Of a DNA stretch of 64,000 nucleotides, positions 1-12,000 are shown one piece after another. The notes beneath the pieces are model-generated. The model was given only the letters and a program-made list of their open reading frames with translations, had not been told where the DNA came from and did no database searches. Source of the stretch: Raja brachyura (lineage: Eukaryota); assembly GCA_963514005.1 (NCBI GenBank), contig OY740812.1:5580001-5644000 (forward strand). The letters run 5' to 3'. Numbering within the stretch: position 1 is the stretch's first letter; every line of letters starts with the position of its first letter. A program made the position numbers and the translations under genes.

Positions 1-29
1 GAACCCCCCCCCCCCCCCCCCCCCCCGGG

Positions 30-310
30 TGGATATGTCAAGGACTGGTTTAAAGTGAGAGGGGCAAAGTTTAGAATTGTGGCGGCAGGTTTTTTTTCTT
101 ACACTTAAAGTGCTGGGGACATTGAACACGCTGCCGGGGCTGGTGGGGGAGGCAGTTAGGATGGGGTATTTATAGAGGCTTTTACATAGGTGCACAGAAT
201 GGAGGAATATGGATCACATGCTGCAGATGAGCTTGCTTTATCATGGCATCATTTTCTTGGCACAAACATGGTGGGCCGAATGGCCTGTTCCTGTGCTGTG
301 CTGCACTACT
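30..310 (+). mobile_element. Degenerate CR1/HER1-like LINE 3' end
   Basis: Similar to the other CR1 3' ends in the window, ending in the GGGCCGAATGGCCTGTT tail motif. Confidence 0.65.
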
Positions 311-403
311 TTCTAGACTGGTAGAGGACATAAGCAGGTTTTATATCCTACAACAGCCACAATGGGTATTTGGAAGTTTACATAGCACAGTGGTTAGGTT
401 GTT

Positions 404-532
404 AAGAAAGGAACTGCAGATGCTGATTTAAACGGAAGATAGACACAAAAAGCTGGAGTAACTCAGCGGGTCAGACAGCATCTCTAGAGAAAAGGAATAG
501 GTGACTTTTTGGGTCGAGACCCTTCTTCAGAC
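404..532 (-). mobile_element. Penelope-tail short element (hammerhead motif mutated)
   Basis: Reverse complement reads CTGAAGAAGGGTCTCGACCCAAAAAGTCACC...CAGCATCTGCAGTTCC, the same family as 23912-24033. Confidence 0.8.
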
Positions 533-615
533 AGAAGTTAGTGGATTGGTATGCTGGTTGCCTTTGGGAGAGAGAATGGATGTACAAGATAGGGAAAACC
601 ATTCATTTACAATAC

Positions 616-859
616 NNNNNNNNNNNNNNNNNNNNNNNNNNNNNNNNNNNNNNNNNNNNNNNNNNNNNNNNNNNNNNNNNNNNNNNNNNNNNNNNNNNNN
701 NNNNNNNNNNNNNNNNNNNNNNNNNNNNNNNNNNNNNNNNNNNNNNNNNNNNNNNNNNNNNNNNNNNNNNNNNNNNNNNNNNNNNNNNNNNNNNNNNNNN
801 NNNNNNNNNNNNNNNNNNNNNNNNNNNNNNNNNNNNNNNNNNNNNNNNNNNNNNNNNNN
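616..859. other. Assembly gap (244 N)
   Basis: Run of n characters. Confidence 1.
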
Positions 860-2179
860 TTCTCTCCCTCGTTTATTCCATTGCTTCCCGTGTACTATGT
901 TTATATATTCTGTTGTGCTGCTGCAAGTAAGAATGTCATTGTTCTATCTGGGACATACGACAATATAACACTCTTAACTCTATGGGGAAAGCAATCCGTC
1001 ATAACCCAGTCTACAACAGACAGTCACCCATGAGATGAATTCTGATTTTCTAAGAAGACTTTGTGTTTTCTTCGCAGTGGACAGCCTGGGCGGATACTAC
1101 ATGATATTAAAATAGGACTTTTGCATCTGGAAATTAAACTATTGGAAGGAACAGCTGGAGCAGAGATCAATCCTGTGAAAAGCTTTGTGCAATCTTGGCA
1201 TCACATTCTAATCTCCTCCTCCAGAGCGCTGAATGCCACAGAATTATTCACCTCAAACGATGTTTGGGAGACCAGCCTGGATTCTCCTAAAATGAGTTCA
1301 TAAACCCTCCACTGAACACGTGGCCAATATTTAGATCAACTACATAAAACTATTGGTTGTCCACCAGCCACTCTGGGTTATCTTTATCCACAGGCATTGT
1401 ATTAATTACGTTGAGCAGATACCTGTGTGAATAGCTGTTGTTCTACTACTAGATATTGGAATTGAACCACATCTCAGCAGTCAAGACCAGATCATGCCTC
1501 TGCACGTTTCCTCTATGCCTTCTGGTGTCACCATCCAGCTACCATCTGCCATCCTCTGTGGTCCGAGTTTGGCAAGTCACCTTTAACCAGGCTCAATAAT
1601 GAAGCTTCGGAAACCTTCCTGCAATTGAGGAACTCAAGCAACAGAGCAAGACAAGACCAAAGTGAACTGAACACAAACATGTCGCATTAATAGTCTTGGA
1701 TGTAGGCTGGGTACATGTTAAAGGGTGATGGGATGCACTGACATCAAGTCAAACTGCCTGCTGTCCCGATCACTCCGAACGTTGTACTGTTGTACAGAAA
1801 CCATGTAACAGCTCGACTAGTTTGCAATGTAAGCCTTTGCAGGTACTTCCTTTTTAATCAGCGTAAACATTTACACAGGCAATGTGAAATGGCAAGGTTC
1901 CTTTTCTAAAACACGTACTGAAAAAAACATAAATAAAGATAGTCCATGTTAGGTGTTCTGACTTTATTGATAACTGGCATTGCTGGATCTCTATCAGGCT
2001 ACTTGGATTGATCAACAAAGGATCAGTAATGACGCCAAGGCTTACGGTTCAATGGTACTTTATTGGCGTGTACTTAAGTTCAGTGAAGTTTTTTTTGCAT
2101 ACAGTTCAGTGACAATCCAACTATATATTTTAGGCACAAACATAATACCTTCCACCAACATCCAAATATGAGAAGTTCT

Positions 2180-2470
2180 GGTGGTATTGGCGCAGCGGTA
2201 GAGTTGCTGCCTCGCAGTGCCGGAGACCCGCGTGCGATCCCCACTACGGGCGCTGTCGGTACGTTCTCCACGTGACCGCGTGGGTTTTCTCCGAGATCTT
2301 TGGGTTCCTCTCGCACTCCAAAGACGTACAGGTATATAGATAAATTGGCTTGGTATAAGTGCAAATTGTCCCTAGTGTGTGTAGGGTAGTGTTAATGAGT
2401 GGGGATCACTGGTCAGTGCGGACTCGGTGGGCCAAAGAGCCTTTTTCTGCCCTGTATCTTTAAACTAAAA
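2180..2470 (+). mobile_element. tRNA-derived V-SINE (HE1-like)
   Basis: A-box TGGCGCAGCGG at 2188, a degenerate B-box, the V-domain GTACGTTCTCC..GTGACCGCGTGGGTTTTCTCCG, and a CR1-like tail ending CTAAA. Confidence 0.85.
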
Positions 2471-2488
2471 ACTGCATACAATCAAACT

Positions 2489-2585
2489 GAGTCTGAAGAA
2501 GGGTCTTAACCCAAAACATCACCTAGTTGTTTTCTCCAGAGATGCTGTCTGACTCGCTGAGTTACTCCAGCTTTTTATGTCTATA
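2489..2585 (+). mobile_element. Penelope-tail short element (hammerhead motif mutated)
   Basis: GAGTCTGAAGAAGGGTCTTAACCCAAAACATCACC...GCTGAGTTACTCCAGC. Confidence 0.8.
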
Positions 2586-2687
2586 ATCAAACTCACTGGT
2601 CTGATTACATAAATCATTTAATCTGACCTGAAGGCCAGGCATCTCACAGCATGGAAAGGGTCTTGCTGCATTTATTGTCTTTTGCAG

Positions 2688-2833
2688 GTATTGACAGTAT
2701 CCCTGACATGGGAAAGGAGGGCTGTGGTGGTGCCCGCGGTGAAATTGGCCTTTCAGGTGAACAAGGGCATCCAGGCCCACCTGGGCAAAGTGGGTTTCAT
2801 GGTATCTGTGATGCTTCTTCATCTCAACGTTAA
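2688..2833 (+). pseudogene. Collagen IX/FACIT-like (COL9A3-like) terminal exon, probably degenerate
   Basis: Acceptor ttgtcttttgcag|GT (phase 1) is followed by GIDSIPDMGKE-GCG-GAR-GEI-GLS-GEQ-GHP-GPP-GQS-GFH-GIC-DASSSQR*. That is 10 consecutive Gly-X-Y triplets ending in a FACIT-type G-x-C junction. Confidence 0.7.
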
Positions 2834-2836
2834 ACT

Positions 2837-2957
2837 GGGGAGAAGGCAGAAGAATGGGGTTGAGGGAGAAAAATAGATCAGTCATGATTGAATGGTGAAA
2901 CAGACCGATGGGCCAAATGGCCTAATTATGCTCTTATATCTTATGATCTTATGATCT
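2837..2957 (+). mobile_element. CR1-like LINE 3' tail
   Basis: GGGGAGAAGGCAG...GGGCCAAATGGCCTAATT...(TCTTATGA)n. It begins immediately after the stop of the collagen-like exon. Confidence 0.8.
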
Positions 2958-3169
2958 ACAAACACCTGGACCTCATGATCTGCAAATCCCAACTGTGGCT
3001 GAGTCTGGCCCACATCGGGTCTCCTCTTAACCTTTCTCCTCTATGCTCAGTTTTAAACAACTCTGCAGTGGGAAGACTGTGGCCATTCAAATCATTTCCT
3101 TCCAAGTTTTCTCTTATTGTGCTGTCACGATTATTATTATTGTCCATCAACCAAATGACTTCATCTATA

Positions 3170-3580
3170 GTTTAGTTTATTGTCATGTGCACAGAGGTAC
3201 GGTGAAAAACTTTTGTTTTGAGCGAACCAGCCAGTGGAAAGACAATACATAATTACAATCGAGCCACAATGTAGACACATGATAAGGAATAACGGTCAGT
3301 GCAAGGTAAAGCCAGTAAAGTCACCAAATTCATCGATAGTAGTTCAGGATTGCCCTCTGGTTGCTGTAGAATGATTCATTTACCTGATAACAGCTGGGAA
3401 GAAACTGTCCCTGAATCTGGGGGTGTGCGTTTTCAGAGGAAAAGAGGGAGTGGCCAGGGTGTGACTCGTCCTTGATTATGCTGCTGGCCTTGCCAAGGCA
3501 GTGCGAGGTATAAATGGAGTCAATGGAAGGCTGGTTGGTTTATGGATGCAATCCAGACCATCACACAATTCGCTGCAATA
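3170..3580 (-). mobile_element. Rex1/Babar-like LINE 3' fragment
   Basis: Reverse complement encodes DSFFPAVIR and ends in a TTTCACCGTACC...TGACAATAAACTAAAC tail shared with 14000-14345 and 24380-24545. Confidence 0.6.
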
Positions 3581-4361
3581 GCATACGTCGGCATCAAGCT
3601 GAGTGTCATCCATACAAAGAAATTCCCTGTCTTAACACCACTCCCATACCCTTTTGCAGACCACATCCATGATAATTTTTTTTGCTCTTCTATATTTATC
3701 CCATAGTAGGTTCACATCTTTCTGTGCCTTGCCTCTTTGTGCTCTCAATGGCCCTCAACTGCAATAATCACATCTGACATTCTCCAGCTGCCTACATTCT
3801 CCAGCAGCAAGCTCAAGACCAAACAATGCATCAAAATTTCCCTCCATCATCTCATCTTCAACCTCACCCTCTTGTTTCTCATTCCACTGCACGGAAAAAA
3901 ATGATTCTGAACATCTACCTTATCTATCCTGTTATAATGAGGATAGACTCTATCAGGTTACTCACCAAACTCCTTTGCTCCGTGGAAAACAAACTCGCCC
4001 TATTCAATCTCTCCCCATAACTAAAATCCTCCAATCCAACCAACATCCTCGTAAAACCCCTCTAATCCTTCTTTTAATGTGATAGTCTGAAGTGCACTCA
4101 ATTCAGTTCTGGTCCAACCAGTGTTTGGTATGTCTTGTTCGTCCTGTTTACCTGTGTTGCCAATTTGAGAGACAAATGACCTTGTTACTCAGCATTCCTT
4201 CGCACCCCACCACTTACTATCCATGTCTCTACCCATTTCACCTCCTACTTGATGGGATTAAATTCCATCGGCCAATGCACTGCATAATTTTCATCTAATC
4301 CATATTCTGCTGTAGTCTTGGGCACCCTTCCTCTCTGTCCAATCACATCAACTTTGATGTG

Positions 4362-4825
4362 TAGGAGGAAATTGCAGATGCTGGTTTACACCGTAGACAC
4401 AAAATGCTGGAGCAACTCAGCAGGTCCACAGAGCCTCTTGCCCAGAATAGGTGAACCGAGGATGAGTGGACATAGGTGAAAAGATTTAATAGGAATCCGA
4501 GGGGGTAACCTTTTCACTCAAAGGGTGTTGGGTGTATGGAACAAGCTGCCAGAGGTAGTTGGGACAGGGACTATTCCCACATTTAATAAAGTTAGACAGG
4601 TTTGCAGGGATATGGACCAAATGTGGGCAGGTGGGACTAATGTAGCTGGGACATGTTGGCAGGTGTGGGCAGGTTAGACAGAAGAGCCTGTTTCCACACT
4701 GTATCGCTCTATGACTAAGCAGCATCTCAGGAGAAAAGCAATAGGTGTCATTTCAGATCGAGACCCTTCTTCAGACTCAAGAAGAAATGTCTCGACCCGA
4801 AACTTCACCAATTCATTTTCTCGTC
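4362..4825. mobile_element. Fold-back Penelope-tail element interrupted by a plus-strand CR1 3' fragment (~4426-4716)
   Basis: The Penelope-tail sequence breaks at CTCAGCAGGTC and resumes at AGCAGCATCTC. The intervening DNA is a CR1 3' end. Confidence 0.7.
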
Positions 4826-5169
4826 ACGTCAGCTGAAAATTTACTAATTGTACCTCTTACATTTATATCCAAGTCATTCACGCCGCCTGAATACATATCC
4901 ACCTAACTTGCTTCCTCAGTCTTCAAGCAATTTGCGATATTTCAGATTTCCAGCACCTACAGTTTTTATGTTTACAACAAATAAGTGGTATAGCTCCAGC
5001 ACCTCTTGATATCGGCTAACTAACCACGTGTGAAAGATTAAAAACGATGACCCGGGCCAAACGTTTTACTTTTTAAAAGAACTGCAGACTACCCTAGTGA
5101 GGAATTAAACCAATTGAGAGAGAATATGCATCGTGGAGGAACATGCAATGAGTTATACAACTGAAAGCA

Positions 5170-5460
5170 AGGCTCAGCAGTGGCGTAGTCTCAGTGCCAC
5201 ACACCAGGGTTCGATCTGACTTTCTGTATGGAGTTTGTACATCCCCCTGCGACTGCATGGGTTTCCTTGAGTGCGCCGGTTTCCTCCCACATCCAAAGAC
5301 GTGTGGGTTTGCAGGTTCATTGGCTTTTGTAAATTGCCTCTAGTGTGTAAGGAGTGGATGCGAAAGTGGGAAAGCAGAACTTGTGCATACAGGTGATACA
5401 AGGTTATGGTGGACTTGGTCGGTGTCAGGGCCTGTTTCCATGTAACCTACAATCAATCAA
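5170..5460 (+). mobile_element. V-SINE (HE1-like), diverged
   Basis: B-box GGTTCGATC, V-domain GGAGTTTGTACATC...CCGGTTTCCTCCCACA, and tail GGGCCTGTTTCC. Confidence 0.8.
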
Positions 5461-5998
5461 ATATGATTTTTTTTTAAAGGAGTAAACATAACATATCCAT
5501 GATCATCTTGCTGTTTCTCGTCATTTTCCTCATGAAGAATGCCAATGGAAAGATTCAGAATATATTTCCCAGCTTTCTTATTCAATGTCAAGGCAGTCAA
5601 CTGCAATCCGCTCCCGAGCCAAATGTTTTCCATACCAATAGTTCTAACAGCACCCTGGCTGCTCCAGTAGTTATTTTGGGCAACATCACATCCCCATCAG
5701 GAACTGCGTTAAGACCATCACAGAAATAAAAGTTCACAGCAAAGAAGGTCACCATTCAACCCCCTGCAGTTCCTTCATACATGTTTCCATTCAATAATTG
5801 CATTATGTATTTTTCTATGAGGTCTCTGGCATTTAAGTGCTCTCGGTTTCAGCACTTCACATCTTGTTCAGGATTATTGCTCAAAGCAGCAAAAATGTTT
5901 TAACTTGAAACTCTACCAACCACCAACGAGGACAAAATTGGAAAAATCCTTCCCCTCCATTCTTTGAAAGCCAATAATTATTAGATCACCGGTAAATC

Positions 5999-6052
5999 TT
6001 TATTCCAAAAAAGAAACAGAGACACAGTAAAGGAAATACTTCACTATTTAAT
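5999..6052 (-). terminator. Candidate polyadenylation signals (ATTAAA at 6047-6052; AATAAA at 5999-6004)
   Basis: Minus strand reads ...tgtATTAAAtagtgaagtatttcctttactgtgtctctgtttcttttttggAATAAA. It has UGUA motifs upstream and a GU/U-rich element downstream of the ATTAAA. Confidence 0.5.
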
Positions 6053-9000
6053 ACATTGGCATTATATTATGAACACTCAGTGTTTGAGAATATTAGCACA
6101 GATTACAATATAATTGGAATACAGTATGTACAACACAGCTTTATATAATATATAGGGATTTAACAAGATTTCAACCTATTTACCAAATGCAATATTTAAA
6201 TGTAACACAGTTTTCTTTAAAGCTAAAACACAAATTGTCAGATTATTTCTCATTGGTAAGGCCTGAATAGACTTTGCTGCAATGACCCAATCCCCTTGGT
6301 ATTGATAAATGAAACACACCTATCTGCCTATGTTTCATGGTAGTGGTTGAAATTAGATGAAGTATAAAAGACAAAAAGGGAGAAGTTTTTAAATTCACTG
6401 TTCAGAAAATTACACATGGAAACGATCAGAGGCGTCAACATTAGCAGACTTTAAAATCACAGGTTACTTTGGTATCTAACCCATGGATGGTCCACATGGC
6501 ATATACTCACCAACCATATAGAAGGGAGGTCCATGTGGTCTCACTTTAGTTTAGTAATAGGGAATGGCCTTTCAACATCATCTTGCTAGGGACCATACAG
6601 GCCTCAAAGGAAGCCTACACTGGACCTGGGTTTTTGTCTGCAGCTCTATTCTCAATGGGGGGGGGGGGGGGGGAAATAAAAACACATGAAAAACTGTTGT
6701 GGAGAAAGATAGTCCTACACTTTTATAAATGCTCCAACCACTGACGTCACTGAAGTGCAGCATCCTCTCCTCAACACAGTGGTACTGGAACGAAAACACG
6801 TCAAGAATCTTGTACTCGACAACTAATTACATCAAGCTCTCACATAATTTATAAACAGAATAATCTTGATGATTGACAATTTAAGGCCGCACATCACCCT
6901 ATAGATTTTTTTTTTGGGGGGGATTTTTCTCCTTTTTACAAAATATATACATTCTTAAAATGATTTTTCTTCAAGTAGCTTTTACCTTGCATAAATAAAA
7001 TGAACTGCCCATTTCTTTAGCGATATTAAAACAATCAATGCTTTAGCTCCTTGGATTATGCTGGAACTTAAAAAACCGTAATCATTTTTCTTCTGATCAG
7101 ATTAACACTTTCATCCCACTCTGCATCATGAAATTTGCTTGTTACTGCACTCGATACCTCTTGTTAAACTTGAACCAGAGTTGAGGTTTATCTACATATG
7201 TGTGTGTACTGACAAGCCTTGCTTGGATTTATAATCTTAAATCTGACTTTTATTTGCTAGTACAAATAAAAGCAACCAAGAACCTAGGCAGGGATCAATC
7301 ATACCTAGAGCCACAGGCTAAAAGACATTTTCATGGCAGCAACATTGACAACTTATGTTTGCGATGAAACCAATGAACAACACAGAGCTTTTTGATTAAT
7401 TTATCCAGTTTTAATGTCATTTGAGATTATATTTTTGCACCTATTTAACTGTCCCAACAACCGCTGAAGTTTGAAGCGGATTTTTTGAAAAGTCAGTAAA
7501 TCCTTACATTTTCCACAGAAAACATGAAAATATTTTTAGATATTAAAAGTTGCACACCAAGTTGCAGTCATTGTGCAGAATATATTGACATCAGTGCTTT
7601 AGATCTTGCTTTAAGTAGATTCCAAAGCAAATGCACTGGTATTTCAAAAGTGGAAGTGAGTTGGTTTGCAATCTCACATCAGGCCAACCATTCCCCAACT
7701 GCATAAGAAGTTGGCCTAATCTTAAAGTGTCTAACCTAAAAATGCAGTAAACGCAGAAGATCAACGCCAAGCCATCACCGCAAAGAAGATAACTACCATG
7801 CCAAATACAGGATACACTGGACAATTGAGATTTAACAAAACACTCAACTGGTTGAAGACCAAAACTAAAACCAACTCGGTAGCTTGGGCTAATTTGTGTA
7901 AATTCAACGGTGAGCAAATATGTATCCTGCATAAAGTGCAGTATAGGCAAATCACATTTAAGAACTCCTTCTACATTAAAATTGATAATGTCTTATCAGG
8001 TCATGTCAACAGAGCATTCTGCTATATTAATGCAATGTTGTATATCATCTTCTCAGAAAGCTGTCAAATTAACACTGAACTGAAAAGATATTTGTTTTTT
8101 AGTTGTACTTCAAGTATTGCAAAGTGTGCAATTCATAATATTCGCACAACTTCAAAAAAATAAGCTTCATCTGATGAGGGGCACATGGAAGCTATGCTAT
8201 AATACTATGTAACCCACCACTTGGCCACTTCACCATAAATTCTCCAGATCTGCAACTATTTTTACCGACACAAAACAAAATGGGTTAGCATTTTTCAACA
8301 ATTCCGCACAACTATTCACAGCCGCCCTTTGTTGGTTCTTAAACGAGAGCAGCAGTTCATAATGCTGAAGCAACATTCCCACTGGTGGACAGAAACTTCC
8401 TTTGTTTCTGTGAACCAGTGGCAAACTACAACCATTTTAATTAAAAGACGACACAGATTGCCACTTCACATGTGGAGATGTGGGGGTGGAGGCATAGTGG
8501 TTGTGTTACATTAGCAACCCAGAGGCATGGACTAATGTTCAAGAGGATTCAAAGAGCTAGGTAATTTAAAGTCAATAGAACCTGTCAGTAGTGATTGTCA
8601 TAACATTTCAGGTTGGTAAGGAAACCCAAATTAGTTTGTTAATGACTGCATGACCACAGTAATGGATTTGATTTAAAATGACCTCTGAAGTGTCCACAAC
8701 AAGCTACCGTTGTCCAAAAATGCAATCAAGAAAGTAGCGCACTACTGCTCTCAGAGCATTTAGGGGTGGACAATAAACTCTTGATCTCGACGGCAAAATC
8801 CACATCCTAGGTACAGAAAAAAACTGGAAATGCCACTTTCTATAGTGCTCAGAAAAATAAAATAACCTCCTCGAATCAGGAGCCACTACAGCCTACCAGG
8901 GCACCTGCAGGGATAGTCAGCTATACTGATGACCACAATACTGTCCAGACACGCATGGAAGCCAGGCAGTTGTTGGCATTCCCAATGCAATAGTCCCGAT

Positions 9001-12000
9001 GTAACTGCGTCATATTAATATGCCACCAAGAGAATTGGAAATCTACCACTTCTGTCAAAGTTTCGTCGCAAATTGCCAATACCCATATTGTTAATTGTGG
9101 TCTATGTCACTTTTTAAAATTCCCCTGCATCAAGTTGCTTGGCTAAATATCAACTGACAGATGTAATCATCAATGTTCCCCTTCTTTGGTCCCATTTTCA
9201 TTCAATTTTCCCATCACAATTGTATTCCTTATTCCAACCAACCTCAGAGAGGCCTCACATGTTGAAGATCAGGTAATTTCAGTGTAGTTTGTGGTCATGA
9301 GGTCTTTGATGCTCATTTTTTCCCCAAATACTTTGGTGCTCTCTCCCTGGATGTCTTACCCAATATGGTGGAAAGACAAACTTCACTCCAAGGGATGTAC
9401 GACAGGCCCCCATAAACACAAGGTTCGCATTGGTCAAGTACAGCAACACCACTTTAGAGTTGGCCCATGACAATTGATGTTTGGGGTGTAGTAATGAGAC
9501 TTGCAGACTGTGACCAAGTAGATGTACCTATTGACTTTTGCAGGCCGACCCACCTATACATGTGATATCACAGGATGGGAGTCTGATGCACATGTGGGGA
9601 AGTATTTAGTTTAGTTTAGAGAAACAGTGCGGAGAGACAGGCCCACAGGGTCCGTGCCGACCAGAGACCCCCGCGCATTAACACTATCCTACACACCGTG
9701 GACACTTTACACGTATACCAAGCCAATTTACCTACAAACCTGTACGTCTTTGGAGTGTCATACTTTTCTGCACTGGGTTCATAAGAAAAATGCCTTATTT
9801 CCAATTTGTTCATCCAAGCTACTTTTCTCAATTTCATACCCCAGAAGCGAGCTTGAACCAGGCCAAACACATTTTATTTAACGTCCAAGTTCAAAAACCT
9901 ATTAGATACCAATAATGGGTACATCCACTAAATTAACCACTGCTACTTCCACATCAGATTGCTATTAATGTTGATACTAATGAAGCAAAAGATTTATTTA
10001 AGGTGTAAAATTGAGGACTGCATAGAACAAGAAGGGAGGGCTTAAACTCCTCATCTCAGAGGTTAACATCTAGAGCGCACAAATTTAAGGCAATAAGTAA
10101 AAGGAAAGAGTTGAAGAAAGTTGCATCATATGAGCAATGGCCTTTTACTTATAGTTTAATAAGGTGATTATGGGCCAAAACTCTAATTACAAAAGAACCT
10201 GGATGAGAATTTAACATGCTCCAAAGTAAAGTGGAAGAATTGAAGAGGGAATTGGTCTGGGTGGATTTTTCAGCTGGCATGGATGTGGACATGATGACGT
10301 CAGTCTACACCATTTTTTAATGTACTCTTTCAGATCTTGGCTTCATCAACCAAAAATAATCTAAATCTGTTTCCCTTACTCTAGCCGGACTATCGAGTCA
10401 AGACCGAAACAAACCACCGCAAGAAAGCTACAGCGAACACTCACCACAAACAGGACAACAAATTCATGCACGAGATGTCAAACACAATGCCACAGAGAAA
10501 GGTGGAGAGCAGAAACTCACCAGTGCTAGAATAGAGACCAACAGCCACTGTAAGCTGTCAATATCTACAAGTTTGTCTGATAACTCCTGAATGTTACTCA
10601 GAAGACACACTCTGTTAGAGGTAACAAGGGGACCATACAAGGTGCATTCATACAGTTCCCAAGGCACTGACTATAGGTCCAATAAATCACTGATCAAGCA
10701 AAAATTCAACACCTGTCTTATGCTCATTCAGTTTAATGCCATCAAAACTGAAGCCATCAGCCGGAACACTAGCTGTTTCTCTCTCCAAACATTCTACCAA
10801 ACCCAAGTATTTCCAGCATTCTCTTAATTTATTTCTGATTGTATCAAGTCCCAGAATCAATTAAGGAAGATGTTATACTGGGAATCAAATAAAGTCATGT
10901 TAGTAATAACTAGATATTGACTAATTCTCCTGGACTTTTCCTGTGGAGCAAATGTTGATTAATAGGATGAGACAGAGTTGTTAACAAGTTACTGCAAGTC
11001 GAATCACGCATACATTTAACATTTTTTGGTGGTATGTTATGAATGTGGCATGCAAGTCAGCTGTTCTTGCAAATCAGCTGTCAATACAAATAGCGGTAGT
11101 ATAAAGGACAGTCAGCTGAAAGGCATTTGCAATAGGCAATATCAAGAAAAGGGAAGAAAAAAGATGAACTGGTAAGTTTCTGCAAGGAAAGCCAGCTGTT
11201 AAGGAAGCAACCCAAAAATAAGTCAAAAGCAACAGGAACAGAGTCTATGGTAGAGAAAAGGCAGGACCAGAGGAAGAATCCATAAAGACTGCTCAGCCCG
11301 ACTTGGGGAAAGTTTACAAGCTTTGGTCTCTTGCCAAAGATATGGCAGCCACCAAGAAGCAGCCACCAGGAGCAAACTTCCATTGCATTCACTTTTAGAG
11401 GAACAATATTATTGAATGGACAGCGCATAAAGATAATTACCCTTTTAAACAACTTTGCTGTTTAAAAAAAAACGACTGACTGAATAGCAAAGCAGAAAAT
11501 AAATAAATTAAAAGGAAACCCGTACATCAATAATAATAATAATAATAATAGGCAAGTCACAGAAAAACTGACTTTTATCTTCATTTCACCATTACTTCCA
11601 TCTGGCGTGTAGAACAGTTGGGATAAACATCTACCACAATAAAATAAATTAATGACTCAGCTACAGTCTCTTCTTGCGTATTTGGTTTGTCATTTTTTTG
11701 AAGAGGGATTGGGTTCCATGATCTTCACACATAACATGGCCTGTCCCATTCCCTGGAGACAATGGGATGGATATTTGCTGAAAGTTGCATCCACTAGACA
11801 TGCAATGGCTCTGCATTGTACTAGGTTTCTAAACTTGTTTCACTGGCTTCAATGGAACTTAAATCCTGAAGAAGAATTCAACATGCACCATCTATAATTC
11901 CACCAATTGCCAACTCAGCATGTGAAGGTGGCAGATTTCCATCTCTTGGGCCTTTGCATTCAGAAGCAACTTGAATGAAATGATAACAATCCCGGAGTCA

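Noticed and set aside
501-968. ORFs 501..968 and 541..930
   Set aside because: They are open only because they span the N gap.
2180-2260. tRNA-like A/B boxes here and at other SINE heads
   Set aside because: They continue into the V-domain and a LINE-like tail and show no full cloverleaf, so they are SINE heads rather than tRNA genes.
7591-8163. ~120-aa ORFs on both strands in the putative 3'UTR (also 11081..11452)
   Set aside because: No homology is recognisable and their length is within chance expectation.
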